Positions 39,867-50,479 of a DNA stretch of 64,000 nt are shown piece by piece; positions within the stretch are counted from its first letter, which is position 1, and the number at the start of each line of letters is the position of its first letter. The stretch is from the NCBI GenBank assembly GCA_945879065.1, contig CAMCUU010000002.1:3543-67542 (forward strand), given 5' to 3'. Below the pieces are notes generated by a model. It searched no databases. It saw only the letters and a list, made by a program, of their open reading frames with translations, and was not told the origin of the DNA. The position numbers and the translations under genes were made by a program. The DNA is from Francisella tularensis subsp. holarctica. Its GTDB lineage: Bacteria > Pseudomonadota > Gammaproteobacteria > Francisellales > CACEW01.

Positions 39867-40979
39867 TTGAAAGAATTAATAAAAAATATTAATAAAAATA
39901 ATTCACAAACCCTCTCAATCATTCATTCTTATTATTCTAACTCGCCCAATTTTTCAGAAGCGGCTTTAAATATTCTGCTTGAAAAAACCAGTCAATGGTT
40001 AGCGCAAGATCAGTGTTTTATTATTTTTCTAGAGTCTTCCCAATATCCCCAGTTACTTAAAGAAATTCATAGACCGCCTGAAATTTTATATCTCCAGGGA
40101 AATATTAAAATTTTAGAAGAGCCCAAAATAGCCGTCGTCGGCTCTCGCCAAATGAGTGATTATGGCAAAGATAATGCCTGGGCTTTTTCAAAGTTTCTCG
40201 CTGAGTCTGGTTTAACAATTACCAGCGGTTTAGCTTTAGGCATTGACGGCGTTGCCCATGAAGCCGCGCTCAGTGCAGGAGGCTATACCATTGCGGTTTT
40301 GCCTACTGGAATTGACCAGTGTTATCCCAGATCTCATGCGTCTTTATTAAATAAAATAATTAGCTCTGGACAGGGCTTGGTTATTAGCGAATTTCCCTTA
40401 GGAACGCCGCCTTTGAAAACAGGGTTTCCTAGAAGAAATAGAATTATTAGTGGTCTGAGTATGGGTGTCTTAGTAGTCGAGGCAGCTTTGAAAAGCGGGT
40501 CTTTAATTACGGCTCGAACGGCCATGGAACAAGGCCGAGAAGTCTTCGCGATTCCAGGGTCTATTCATCATGCTTTATCTAAAGGCTGTCATGAATTAAT
40601 TAAAACCGGTGCGAAATGTGTTGAATCTGGCAGCGATATTCTGGAAGAATGCCGGCCTTTCTTGGGGGAGCACTTAGGTAAAGATATTTATAGGGCGCAT
40701 AAAATTACCACGCAGATGACGCAATTGAACCTGCTGGAGGCCCATGGTACACCTGGAGAAGTGATGGATGAGTCGGTCACGGGGCTTGCGGCAGATCAAG
40801 ATTATCGCGCTTTATTAGAAATCATGGGGCCTGAAATCTCTCGCATCGATGATTTAATCCAAGCTGTTAATAGACCCGCCCGTGAAGTGGCTTCGATGCT
40901 CTTGATGCTGGAGTTAGACGGTTGGCTGGAGCAGGTCAATGGTGGCTATAAGAGAGTAAAAAATTTTAGAAATAATTAA
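39867..40979 (+). CDS. dprA: DNA processing protein DprA (Smf)
   Basis: VVGSRQMSDYG, GLALGIDGVAHEAAL, FPRRNRIISGLS. TTG start in the track. Confidence 0.9.
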   Translation: MKELIKNINKNNSQTLSIIHSYYSNSPNFSEAALNILLEKTSQWLAQDQCFIIFLESSQYPQLLKEIHRPPEILYLQGNIKILEEPKIAVVGSRQMSDYGKDNAWAFSKFLAESGLTITSGLALGIDGVAHEAALSAGGYTIAVLPTGIDQCYPRSHASLLNKIISSGQGLVISEFPLGTPPLKTGFPRRNRIISGLSMGVLVVEAALKSGSLITARTAMEQGREVFAIPGSIHHALSKGCHELIKTGAKCVESGSDILEECRPFLGEHLGKDIYRAHKITTQMTQLNLLEAHGTPGEVMDESVTGLAADQDYRALLEIMGPEISRIDDLIQAVNRPAREVASMLLMLELDGWLEQVNGGYKRVKNFRNN

Positions 40980-41000
40980 ATTAAATTAAAGGGAAGGCGC

Positions 41001-41465
41001 ATGAAAGCCAATTTATTAGAAATCATTATGAGTTTATTTGCTCAACAGACTTTTCAGACAGGCCCTGCTCACCAAATTAATCAGGCTCACCAAACCCAGC
41101 CAATTCACCAGGCCACGCCTAAGCCCTATCCAGCAGCGCTGGACTCTCGTTGTTCTAATGCTTCTTGGAGAATTTACGCCGCGCCTGAAAAAGAAAAATT
41201 AGGAGAGGCCGGTGTTAACTTGCTCGAAGAATTAGTTCGAACCAATATTATTAATTTATTAGACAGAGAGCAGGTGATTAACCAAATTTTTTTACTAGAC
41301 ACTCTCGATACTCAGGAGATTCCATTAGATCACCTAAGATGGGTCCTTTTTGTGACCCTGGCGATGAAAGCAAAGAACGCACAAGAGCTTTCTTGGCTCG
41401 ATTGTTTAATTTTAAAAAATCAAAATCAAAATCAAAATAATAAAAATAAACTTACTGTTCATTAA
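41001..41465 (+). CDS. smg: Smg (DUF494) protein
   Basis: Alignable to E. coli Smg (WRIYAAPEKEKL, LDREQVINQIFLLD, LDHLRWVLFVTL). The dprA-smg-topA synteny is conserved. Confidence 0.7.
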   Translation: MKANLLEIIMSLFAQQTFQTGPAHQINQAHQTQPIHQATPKPYPAALDSRCSNASWRIYAAPEKEKLGEAGVNLLEELVRTNIINLLDREQVINQIFLLDTLDTQEIPLDHLRWVLFVTLAMKAKNAQELSWLDCLILKNQNQNQNNKNKLTVH

Positions 41466-41516
41466 TTAAATTAATTTAATAATCCTACTTACTCTCACTT
41501 ACTCCAAGAGGACCCT

Positions 41517-43814
41517 ATGGCAAATTGTTTGATCGTGGTTGAGTCTCCAGCCAAAGCAAAAACATTGAAAAAATATCTGGGCGCGGACTTTGAAGTCTTG
41601 GCGTCTTATGGCCATGTCCGTGACTTATTGCCCAAATCAGGCGCGGTTGATACAGCCCACGATTTTGCCATGACGTATGAATTAATTGATCGAAATATTA
41701 AGCATGTCGATGCCATTGCGAAGGCTTTAAAAAAAGCCGATGTTTTATATCTGGCGACTGACCCTGATCGTGAAGGTGAGGCGATTTCTTGGCATTTATT
41801 AGAGATATTAAAAAGCAAAGATTTAATTAAGGATAAACAAGTCTTTCGAGTCGCTTTCTATGAAATTACTAAAAAAGCCGTGAACGAAGCCGTGAGTAAT
41901 CCCAGAGAATTGTCCATGGATTTGATCAATGCCCAGCAGGCCAGAAGGGCTTTGGATTATTTAGTAGGGTTTAACTTATCGCCTTTACTCTGGAAAAAAA
42001 TCCGAAGGGGCTTATCAGCCGGACGGGTTCAATCACCCGCTTTAAGACTAATAGTCGAAAGAGAAATAGAGATAGAAAAATTTATTCCTAGAGAATACTG
42101 GTCAGTTGAAGCTGATTGTGAAGCGGGCTTTACGGCGAAGCTCACCCAATATAAGCAAGAAAAATTAGAGCAGTTTTCTATTAATAATTCGATGCAAGCT
42201 CTGGATATTCGCACTTGGTTATTAAATAAAACCCAGAAAAAATTAATAGTCAGTCAAGTTGAGAAGAAGCAAAGAAAAAGAAATCCTGCCGCGCCTTTTA
42301 CCACCTCGACTTTACAGCAAGAAGCCGCCCGAAAATTAGGCTTTGGGGCAACGAAAACTATGAGAACGGCCCAGAATCTTTATGAAGGGGTCGAGACTTC
42401 AGAAGGGCAGGTGGGTTTGATTAGCTATATGCGTACAGACTCTGTGAATTTGGCCCAAGAGGCGATTGAAGAAATCAGAAGTTTTATTAAATTAAATTAT
42501 GGCGATGAATATTTACCAGAAAGCCCCAAAATTTATAAAACTAAATCTAAGAATGCCCAGGAAGCTCATGAAGCCATTAGGCCCACGTCTGTTTTGAGAA
42601 CCCCTGAAAGTTTAAAGCCTTATTTAAATACAGATCAATTCAAGCTTTATAATTTAATTTGGCAGCGGACCATGGCCTGTCAGATGATCCATGCGACTTT
42701 AGATACTGTGGCTATTGATTTTGATGTGCCTGATAAAACTAATTCTGAAGCAAGATTTAGAGCCACTGGGTCTGTGATCGCTCATCCTGGCTATATGCGT
42801 TTGTATCAAGAAAGTTTTGATGAACCTAGTCAAGAAGACGACGCCGATGAAAAAATGCTGCCTGTTTTAAACATGGGCGATGTGGTTAATTTAAAAGATA
42901 TCAAGGCAGACCAGCATTTTACCGAAGCACCACCCAGATATTCAGAAGCGTCTTTAGTCAAAGCTTTAGAAGAACATGGGATTGGAAGACCCTCGACTTA
43001 TGCGTCCATTCTTTCGACTTTAGAGCAGCGCGAGTATGTTTTATTAGATAACAAAAGATTTAAGCCGACCGATGTGGGTCGCATAGTGACTAAGTTTTTA
43101 ACGGAATATTTTACTAAATATGTTGATTATGATTTTACCGCGAAATTAGAAGACAGCTTGGATGATGTCGCCTGTGGAGAGCATCAATGGGTGCCTTTAT
43201 TGCGCGAATTTTGGGATCCGTTTCACCAAAAGATTGGCGAAATTGAATTGTCTGTGAAGCGCTCCGATGTGACTCAAGAAGCGACGGATGAAACCTGTCC
43301 TGAATGTCAAAAACCGTTGGTTATAAAACTAGGAAAGACGGGCAGATTTTTTGGCTGTACGGGCTATCCAGAATGTTCTTACACCCGCTCTATGGATAAT
43401 CCAGATGATCCTGACGCAGCCTCTCGTGAGCCTGAAATTATTGCGGGAAGATCTTGCCCAGAATGTCAATCTGCCCTGCATGTTAAAACTGGAAAATATG
43501 GGAAATTTATTGGCTGCAGTAGTTATCCTAAATGTAAATTTATGGAACCTTTAGTCAAACCTAAAGAAACGGGCGTGAGATGTCCGGAATGTCATGAAGG
43601 TGAAATCTTAGAAAGAAAGTCCAAACGCGGAAAAGTATTTTATTCTTGCTCGAAATATCCCGCTTGTGCTTATGCCCTCTGGAATAAGCCTATTTCAGAA
43701 GCTTGTCCTCAGTGTCATTGGCCGATTTTAACTTTATCTATTACTAAATCTCGCGGGACTGAAAAAGTCTGCCCCCAGAAAAATTGCGGCTATGTCGCTA
43801 AGGCAGAATCTTAA
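41517..43814 (+). CDS. topA: DNA topoisomerase I
   Basis: TOPRIM domain [24 protein letters not shown], the active-site region SYMRTDS, and four C-terminal CxxC zinc fingers. Confidence 0.97.
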   Translation: MANCLIVVESPAKAKTLKKYLGADFEVLASYGHVRDLLPKSGAVDTAHDFAMTYELIDRNIKHVDAIAKALKKADVLYLATDPDREGEAISWHLLEILKSKDLIKDKQVFRVAFYEITKKAVNEAVSNPRELSMDLINAQQARRALDYLVGFNLSPLLWKKIRRGLSAGRVQSPALRLIVEREIEIEKFIPREYWSVEADCEAGFTAKLTQYKQEKLEQFSINNSMQALDIRTWLLNKTQKKLIVSQVEKKQRKRNPAAPFTTSTLQQEAARKLGFGATKTMRTAQNLYEGVETSEGQVGLISYMRTDSVNLAQEAIEEIRSFIKLNYGDEYLPESPKIYKTKSKNAQEAHEAIRPTSVLRTPESLKPYLNTDQFKLYNLIWQRTMACQMIHATLDTVAIDFDVPDKTNSEARFRATGSVIAHPGYMRLYQESFDEPSQEDDADEKMLPVLNMGDVVNLKDIKADQHFTEAPPRYSEASLVKALEEHGIGRPSTYASILSTLEQREYVLLDNKRFKPTDVGRIVTKFLTEYFTKYVDYDFTAKLEDSLDDVACGEHQWVPLLREFWDPFHQKIGEIELSVKRSDVTQEATDETCPECQKPLVIKLGKTGRFFGCTGYPECSYTRSMDNPDDPDAASREPEIIAGRSCPECQSALHVKTGKYGKFIGCSSYPKCKFMEPLVKPKETGVRCPECHEGEILERKSKRGKVFYSCSKYPACAYALWNKPISEACPQCHWPILTLSITKSRGTEKVCPQKNCGYVAKAES

Positions 43815-44275
43815 TGACTCACAACAATAATCAAACCAAAAAAATCTTATTACTCCAGGGGCCTAATTTAAATTTACTGGGGACGCGAGAGCCTGAAATC
43901 TATGGCTATAAAACTTTGCAAGATATTCATGATGCTTGTGAGCTGCAAGCTCAAAAAGCAGGTGTGGAATTAACTTGTTTTCAAAGTAATTCTGAAGGCG
44001 AATTAATTAATAAAGTTCATGAAGCTAAATCTAAAAATTTTGATTTTATTTTAATCAATCCAGCCGGTTTAACTCATACTTCTATTATTTTAAGAGATGC
44101 TTTATTAGCCGTGAATATTCCTCTTATAGAAATTCACTTGTCTAATATTTTCAAAAGAGAAGAGTTTAGAAAACACTCTTATTTTTCAGATATTGCACTG
44201 GGATTAATATCAGGGCTTGGAGAGGCTGGCTATGGGTTTGCACTATCGTATGCAATCCAATATCTTATGCGCTGA
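43814..44275 (+). CDS. aroQ: Type II 3-dehydroquinate dehydratase
   Basis: [37 protein letters not shown]. Confidence 0.93.
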   Translation: MTHNNNQTKKILLLQGPNLNLLGTREPEIYGYKTLQDIHDACELQAQKAGVELTCFQSNSEGELINKVHEAKSKNFDFILINPAGLTHTSIILRDALLAVNIPLIEIHLSNIFKREEFRKHSYFSDIALGLISGLGEAGYGFALSYAIQYLMR

Positions 44276-44352
44276 TTTTTTGGGGCAACTATAAAAATAT
44301 TTAAGATTAAAATATTAAAAATTAAATTAAAAATTAACTAAAGGGAATTTTC

Positions 44353-44832
44353 ATGGCTTATAAAATTGAACAGATCGAAGCTTTAATTAAGCTTCTTGAG
44401 AATCATGACAGCATGACTGAATTAGAAATTAACGATGGTGATTTTTCAGTCAGACTTTCTCGCGGATCCTCCCATATTTCTGCTTCTCATGCTCCTGTTC
44501 ATCATGCGATTTCGCCTATAGCCCATGCAGCCCATCACGCAACTACTCCAGCGCCAGCAGCTCCAGCTCCAGCGCCAGCAGCTCCAGTAGTAGAAGCAGG
44601 GCATATGGTTAAGTCTCCCATGGTCGGTACTTTTTATTCTTCGCCTTCTCCAGGCGCGCCTAAATTTATTGAAATTGGCAAGGCTATTAAGATTGGCGAC
44701 ACCATTGGGATTGTCGAAGCTATGAAAATGATGAATCAAATCGAGTCGGATAAAGCCGGTATTGTCAAAGCCATTTTGATTGAAGACGGCAAGCCTGTTG
44801 AATACGACCAACCTTTAATCATTGTTGAGTAA
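44353..44832 (+). CDS. accB: Biotin carboxyl carrier protein
   Basis: Pro/Ala linker and the biotinylation motif [11 protein letters not shown]. Confidence 0.95.
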   Translation: MAYKIEQIEALIKLLENHDSMTELEINDGDFSVRLSRGSSHISASHAPVHHAISPIAHAAHHATTPAPAAPAPAPAAPVVEAGHMVKSPMVGTFYSSPSPGAPKFIEIGKAIKIGDTIGIVEAMKMMNQIESDKAGIVKAILIEDGKPVEYDQPLIIVE

Positions 44833-44838
44833 ACATTC

Positions 44839-46188
44839 ATGTTCAAAAAAGTATTAATCGCCAATCGGGGTGAAATTGCCCTGCGTATTCTAAGAGCCTG
44901 CCGTGAGTTAAGAATCAAAACTGTCGCAGTTCATTCGACTATTGATAGAAATCTTAAGCATGTAAAATTAGCCGATGAGTCTGTGTGTATTGGCCCGGCG
45001 CCTTCTGCTCAAAGCTATTTAAATATTCCAGCCATCATTGCTGCCGCTGAAGTCACTGGCGCTGAGGCTATTCATCCAGGTTATGGATTTTTATCTGAGA
45101 ACGCAGATTTTGCACAAAGAGTCGAAGAATCTGGTTTTGTATTTATTGGCCCAAGACCTCAAGATATTCGAACGATGGGTGATAAAGTTGCGGCGATTAA
45201 TGCCATGAAAAAAGCCGGTGTTCCAACGGTTCCAGGTTCTGGCGGGCCTTTAGGCGATAACGAATCTGAGAATTTAAAAATGGGTGAAAAAATCGGCTAT
45301 CCCGTGATTATCAAAGCCGCAGGCGGCGGCGGTGGTCGTGGTATGCGGGTGGTCAGAGCCAAAGAAGAATTAATCAGATCGATCCAAATGACCCGTCAGG
45401 AAGCCAAAGCGGCTTTTAATAATGACATGGTCTATATGGAAAAATTTTTAGAAAATCCGCGTCATATTGAAATTCAAATCTTGGCTGATGGCCGAGGTCA
45501 TGCCATTCACTTAGGTGAGCGGGATTGCTCGATGCAAAGACGTCATCAAAAAGTCTTAGAAGAAGCACCAGCACCTGGTATTACAGAAAAACAACGCGAT
45601 AAAATTGGCGCTTTATGTGTCAAAGCCTGTGAATTAATTAAATATCGTGGCGCGGGGACTTTTGAATTTTTATACGAAAACGGCCAATTTTACTTTATTG
45701 AAATGAACACTCGGGTCCAAGTAGAACACCCCGTGACTGAATTAATTACGGGCGTAGATATTGTCAAAGAGCAATTAAAAATCGCCTTTGGGTTACCCCT
45801 CACTCATGCTCAAAAAGACATTGTAATCAAAGGCCATGCCATTGAGTGCCGTATTAATGCTGAAGATCCAGAGACTTTAATGCCCTGTCCTGGAAAAATT
45901 AATTTATATCATCCTCCCGGTGGACCTGGCGTTCGCGTGGATTCGCATATTTATTCCAGCTATGTCGTCCCGCCAAACTATGACTCGATGATTGGCAAAG
46001 TCATTACTTATGGCCGTACGCGAGAAGCGGCCATCGCTCGAATGGAAAATGCGCTTTTAGAAACCAATATCACGGGGATCAAAACCAATATTCCGCTTCA
46101 GCAAAAAATATTGGCGGATCTTAATTTTCAAAAAGGTGGCACGAATATTCATTATTTAGAAAAATATATTTTGAAAACGTCGCATTAA
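44839..46188 (+). CDS. accC: Biotin carboxylase
   Basis: [39 protein letters not shown]. Confidence 0.97.
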   Translation: MFKKVLIANRGEIALRILRACRELRIKTVAVHSTIDRNLKHVKLADESVCIGPAPSAQSYLNIPAIIAAAEVTGAEAIHPGYGFLSENADFAQRVEESGFVFIGPRPQDIRTMGDKVAAINAMKKAGVPTVPGSGGPLGDNESENLKMGEKIGYPVIIKAAGGGGGRGMRVVRAKEELIRSIQMTRQEAKAAFNNDMVYMEKFLENPRHIEIQILADGRGHAIHLGERDCSMQRRHQKVLEEAPAPGITEKQRDKIGALCVKACELIKYRGAGTFEFLYENGQFYFIEMNTRVQVEHPVTELITGVDIVKEQLKIAFGLPLTHAQKDIVIKGHAIECRINAEDPETLMPCPGKINLYHPPGGPGVRVDSHIYSSYVVPPNYDSMIGKVITYGRTREAAIARMENALLETNITGIKTNIPLQQKILADLNFQKGGTNIHYLEKYILKTSH

Positions 46189-46284
46189 TTATTAGTAACT
46201 ACTCAGGTACCCATGCATGCGCAGCCCTGCGGGAACCGCTTTTGATAGGGCTTTTGATAAAGCTTTTGAATAAGAGGGGGCCAG

Positions 46285-46336
46285 TCTGGGCTGCTAGATT
46301 GGGCTGCTAGATTGGGCTGCTAGATTGGGCTGCTAG
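46285..46336. repeat. 13-bp tandem repeat x4 (nTTGGGCTGCTAG)
   Basis: TCTGGGCTGCTAG followed by three copies of ATTGGGCTGCTAG. The last copy contains the stop codon of ATPase B. Confidence 0.85.
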
Positions 46337-47802
46337 GTCTGGAAAAGATCTTCTAGAACTACCACCCCGGTGACCAGCTCATGAAAATATTTATTTTCTT
46401 TCAAGCCAGTGGCTGAAATAAATGCAAGAAAAATTTGATTTTTCGTGCGCGTTTTTTCTTTATAAATATTTATTTTTTGCTTTAAATTTTCTGCATAATC
46501 TTGATCAATCAAAAAGGCGTCTTTGCTATATTTAATTTCACAGACCGTTGTCACGCCATCATCTCGCTCAAACAGCAAGTCAATTTGGGTTCCCGCCCCA
46601 GAATTTTCAGATCGTGGCGTGTATTTCCAGGCGCCACTGATGGCGCTGCCACTGATCCCCAAAGCATTTTTAATCTCCGTAATATGTTTATAACACAGGG
46701 ACTCAAAGGCATAGCCCATCCAGTTGTAATACGGCGGTGTTCCTATTTTTTCTGACCAAAATTTTCTATTTCGCTCTTCAGCAATGAAACTGCCTTTTGT
46801 GGGCTCTATCCATTTTAAATAAAAATAACAGTACTCATCCGTCACTCGATAGTAAGCGCCCTGCCGTTTATTACCGAGGGGGATAAAAGACTTGATAAAC
46901 CCAGTGCTTTCTAGATCCTCCAGCTTCTCTGTTAGCGTACCGCCCATGGATAAAAATTGACTCTTAGATTCGATATAAGCGCGATCAACGCCCGATCTTT
47001 TATCTGCAATGATTCGAATTAATTCTTTATAAACGGGTGCATTTTCAAAAAGAGAATCAAACACTTTATCAAATTCAGAATATAAAATGCCGTTCTCTCT
47101 AAAGCACAACTTATCAATCATCTGAGCGGCAGACTGCCCTTTTCTAATATGAGATAAATAAAAGGGAATTCCCCCACAAAACATGTAAATTTGTGTTATC
47201 TGCTCGTGATTTAAATCCAGTCCTGTCTTTTTAAAAAACTGTGCCGTTTCGCTTAAATTAAAAGGGCGTAACAAGATCTCACGAGTTGTTCTGTTATGAA
47301 GTCCGCCCTTATTTCTAATAATTTTTTTGATAATCCAAGAGGCGCTCGAACCACAAATAATTAATTTAATTCGTGGATCATTTTTCCAGCGTCGATTCCA
47401 ATAATGATCCAAGGCCTGAAGTAATCGAGATTTTTTAGTACAGAGCCAGGGCAGCTCATCCAAAAATAAAATAATTTTTCTATTGCCACTTAGATGATTA
47501 AGCGCCTTTGTCAGCTCTTCAAAAGCCTTCATCCAAGACGCTGATTTCTCAATGGAAGCACCCTGATAAAAAGTCTCCCCGATAGACTTCCCGAATTCAT
47601 TTAATTGCTCAGAGAGCGTGCCGTCTTGAACGCCAGTGACGTGAAAAAAATGGCAGGGTTTTGATTTGAAAAACTCTTCAATTAAGAAAGTTTTACCAAT
47701 TCGTCTTCGACCATAAACAGTCACAAACTCTGCTTTTCCAGAATTAAAGACATCCAGTAATTCTGCTTTCTCTTCTCTGCGACCCGCAATAATATTGATC
47801 AT
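46333..47802 (-). CDS. COG1672-type AAA ATPase with C-terminal D..ExK nuclease-like motif (paralog B)
   Basis: Collinear with 27939..29450: YGRRRIGKTFLIEE, LDELPWLCT, ICGSSASWIIKKII, QIDLLFERDDGVTTVCEIKY. Confidence 0.85.
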   Translation of the reverse strand: MINIIAGRREEKAELLDVFNSGKAEFVTVYGRRRIGKTFLIEEFFKSKPCHFFHVTGVQDGTLSEQLNEFGKSIGETFYQGASIEKSASWMKAFEELTKALNHLSGNRKIILFLDELPWLCTKKSRLLQALDHYWNRRWKNDPRIKLIICGSSASWIIKKIIRNKGGLHNRTTREILLRPFNLSETAQFFKKTGLDLNHEQITQIYMFCGGIPFYLSHIRKGQSAAQMIDKLCFRENGILYSEFDKVFDSLFENAPVYKELIRIIADKRSGVDRAYIESKSQFLSMGGTLTEKLEDLESTGFIKSFIPLGNKRQGAYYRVTDEYCYFYLKWIEPTKGSFIAEERNRKFWSEKIGTPPYYNWMGYAFESLCYKHITEIKNALGISGSAISGAWKYTPRSENSGAGTQIDLLFERDDGVTTVCEIKYSKDAFLIDQDYAENLKQKINIYKEKTRTKNQIFLAFISATGLKENKYFHELVTGVVVLEDLFQT

Positions 47803-47814
47803 TTTGATGCTTTC

Positions 47815-47919
47815 TGTGTTAGTTGGCTGAATATAAATCTATCATAATCAGCCGACTAATACAAAAATCCTGTGTTAGTTGGCTGATTATGACCTTTCTA
47901 TAATCAGCCGACTAACACA
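47815..47919. promoter_or_regulatory. Two palindromes upstream of ATPase B
   Basis: B1 is TGTGTTAGTTGGCTGA-N17-TCAGCCGACTAATACA (47815-47863). B2 is TGTGTTAGTTGGCTGATTAT-N9-ATAATCAGCCGACTAACACA (47871-47919). Confidence 0.75.
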
Positions 47920-47939
47920 AATTATTGATTAAATTTTAT

Positions 47940-49067
47940 TTATTCCCGCAGTAAAATCCGATAAGCCGGATTGATCACTAGATATTTTTTCCCGCCCAAA
48001 TCTTCTAATAAATCACGGCTTAATAAAGCCTGCAGGGCATTAGGAATAGAGGTGCTGGGAAGCTCCATAAGCTCAGAAGCTTCTGCAGTATAAATTCCAG
48101 AATCCGCATGAGTCGCTAAATATTTCAATAATTTTTTCTGCGCTTCACCCAAAGAAAAAAACTCTCTGAGTAAATCACTTCGCTCTTCTTCAATAATTAA
48201 AATCCAACTGCTCTCCACGTCTTCAATTTTGGGTAGTTTTTTAGAACACAGCGTCCATAAGGCATCGCATAAATAATTCACATAGTAAGGATGCCGCTCT
48301 GTCAGATTCATAATGGCCTGGAATACATCTTCTTCTAAAGGCTTTTTCCACTGCTCTTGCGCTGCAATATTCAAATGATCCCGATAGTGGGTCTCAAAGA
48401 TTCTTTGCAACTTAATTTTCTTACAGAGCTTGTATAAAGGCCGACCGGCATCCTGAAAAATACTTTCTATCAGATGCCGATTACTGCCAGAAAAAATGAA
48501 AGATAAATATCTGGTCTCCTGGGCTGCGCTGCGAATCCCGCCTTCTATGCCCATATTCGCACCCAATTCAGCCACACGCTGAAATTCATCTAGGACCAAA
48601 ACAGCCATCTGTTTTTTCTCAGCTAATAAGCTTTCTAAAAATAATAAAGCCTCTCGCAAAGTCTCAGGCACAGAAGCTTGCTGATTAATAATCTCCAGCT
48701 CCAGGCGAAATCCATACACTTCATAGGCTAGTTTTGGCTTGAGATTTTTAAAGCCGTATTTCACCACTTGAAGAGCCTTATCAATCGAACTCACCGCTTT
48801 GCCTATTAACTCTAAAATCCCTTTCAAAATTAAACGCTCAAGATTTTTCTCACTGGTCGCCAAGTGCAAATCCACAGTCACATGAGGCAGTCCAGAAAGG
48901 GCTAACACTTTTTCACACAAACTGCTTTTGCCATAACGTCTAGGCGCTGCTAAGAAACTATGTTTTCCATTTTGGATATTGCCAAGCAAAGTCTCCGTTT
49001 CTTCAGTGCGATTACAAAAGGCTGGATCATAAGCTTTACCTAAAGGAAAGTACTGACGTGGAAGCAT
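47940..49067 (-). CDS. AAA ATPase (PF01637-like) with C-terminal winged-helix region (paralog C)
   Basis: Walker A APRRYGKSSL, Walker B LVLDEFQ. No D..ExK tail. The ATG at 49067 is preferred to the track start at 49121. Confidence 0.75.
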   Translation of the reverse strand: MLPRQYFPLGKAYDPAFCNRTEETETLLGNIQNGKHSFLAAPRRYGKSSLCEKVLALSGLPHVTVDLHLATSEKNLERLILKGILELIGKAVSSIDKALQVVKYGFKNLKPKLAYEVYGFRLELEIINQQASVPETLREALLFLESLLAEKKQMAVLVLDEFQRVAELGANMGIEGGIRSAAQETRYLSFIFSGSNRHLIESIFQDAGRPLYKLCKKIKLQRIFETHYRDHLNIAAQEQWKKPLEEDVFQAIMNLTERHPYYVNYLCDALWTLCSKKLPKIEDVESSWILIIEEERSDLLREFFSLGEAQKKLLKYLATHADSGIYTAEASELMELPSTSIPNALQALLSRDLLEDLGGKKYLVINPAYRILLRE

Positions 49068-49192
49068 TTTTACTATCTCTTTGATTATCAATTTAAAAAT
49101 AAAGAAATAATAAAATAACATATTATTAAAAATAATTCAAAAAAAGATTATTTTTTCAATCTTTTTTCAGATAATCCAAAAGAAGATTATTT

Positions 49193-49612
49193 CTAACCAT
49201 CCGCCAGCTGATAAAAATCTTGATCTAGATTTTCCAGATTTAAATATAGATTTATATTCAAATTCACTTCCAAACCCAAGCGTTTTAAATCTTCTAGATT
49301 TTTATAATTTTTAATCTCTGGGCCCATTTTTTTAATTAATAACAAAATTAAAAAATCATCTTCATGCTTGGGGGTTTTGATCACATGGTGCTGAGATAAA
49401 GCCTGATTAAATAAATCCAAATTAATTATTTTTATATTTTTATTTAAAACTTGCTCAGCCTGCTTATTTAATCTTTCCCAGATCAAGTCTTGATAAGCCG
49501 GGTCTAGATTATTCCAGTCAATAATTTCTTTAAATCTTCTTTTACACCCCCGACAGACTTCATCGCCATAAACCGTCGAACAGATGCCAATGCAGGGGGT
49601 ATTAATACGCAT
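49193..49612 (-). CDS. DUF1289-domain (YdhL-like Cys-rich) protein with C-terminal extension
   Basis: N-terminal PCIGICSTVYGDEVCRGCKRRFKEIIDW. Confidence 0.65.
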   Translation of the reverse strand: MRINTPCIGICSTVYGDEVCRGCKRRFKEIIDWNNLDPAYQDLIWERLNKQAEQVLNKNIKIINLDLFNQALSQHHVIKTPKHEDDFLILLLIKKMGPEIKNYKNLEDLKRLGLEVNLNINLYLNLENLDQDFYQLADG

Positions 49613-49617
49613 AATAT

Positions 49618-50439
49618 TTAAGAAGCTCCTCCTGGGACAGGGGTTGATCCATGGGCTTGTTCAGATGTTTTTTCTTTGTCAGCAACTGGGGCGGCTTGAA
49701 CATAGACCAGATCCATAACAACAGTGGCAGAAGCGCCAGGGCCCCCTGCACCTGCACCTGAACCTGAACCTGAACCTGAACCCGCACCAGCACTTGCAGG
49801 CTCATCCCGTTCATCACCCTCTGCCTCTCCTTCAGGACTCTCAGAGAAAAATACGCGTTGGCTCTCCTCAGTCCATAGCGCTTCACTCAGACGATGCAAT
49901 AACACTGAGAAATAAGCCGCGCCTTGTGGACTTTTAATACTTTCCAAATCTGCAGGCTTAATATGGCCATCAATATTTCTAAAAAGCACAAAGCCCGGAG
50001 CTCTGTATCCCTTTATTATTTCTAAAATTGCCGCCTCATAGGCTTCATACAAGGGCACAAAGTTGCGACCTGCGACGCTTTTTGGAGAGACTGATTTCCC
50101 CTCAGCGTCAGGCTCACTAAGGAACTTATGGGTTAAACGATTTAATTGCCCAGCCAGCTTGTAGGCGAATAAATAATTAAAAAATTTATTCTCTGCCGTA
50201 GCGCCGTATGACAAGCTATCCAATGCTTTTTTTAGTTCTTCAAAAAGCTTTGTTTGCAAGCCATGTTCTGGTAAAGAGCCAGTAAACCAAGACAAGAGCG
50301 CTGCACCAGTACCTATAGGGTCCAACACACACTCAGTCACAGATTTTTGCGCAAGGGGATTCTTGTAAGCGATCACAAAATCTTCGAAGGCTTGTTTCAA
50401 GCCTTCGACCATGACATCAATGGGCGTTACTCCTGACAT
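49618..50439 (-). CDS. Ala/Gly-rich orphan protein (273 aa), tandem paralog of the 510-aa protein
   Basis: Collinear blocks shared with 50480..52012: LKQAFEDFVIAYKN vs LKAALDVFVTTYAN, QTKLFEELKKAL vs QTELFRNLQAAL, LLHRLSEALWTEESQ vs LLEGLESVCWTAEAQ. Also carries a GSGSGSGSGAGAG tract. Confidence 0.6.
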   Translation of the reverse strand: MSGVTPIDVMVEGLKQAFEDFVIAYKNPLAQKSVTECVLDPIGTGAALLSWFTGSLPEHGLQTKLFEELKKALDSLSYGATAENKFFNYLFAYKLAGQLNRLTHKFLSEPDAEGKSVSPKSVAGRNFVPLYEAYEAAILEIIKGYRAPGFVLFRNIDGHIKPADLESIKSPQGAAYFSVLLHRLSEALWTEESQRVFFSESPEGEAEGDERDEPASAGAGSGSGSGSGAGAGGPGASATVVMDLVYVQAAPVADKEKTSEQAHGSTPVPGGAS

Positions 50440-50479
50440 TAGACGCTCCTTTTTGTTTTCTATTTTTTGCTTTTTATTG

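Noticed and set aside
44446-44811. A 121-aa ORF antisense to accB, together with the other short antisense or internal ORFs in the track (for example 208..444, 1226..1444, 9661..9882, 13451..13789, 13898..14239, 50607..50981, 62637..62873).
   Set aside because: They are shadow ORFs inside well-supported conserved genes.
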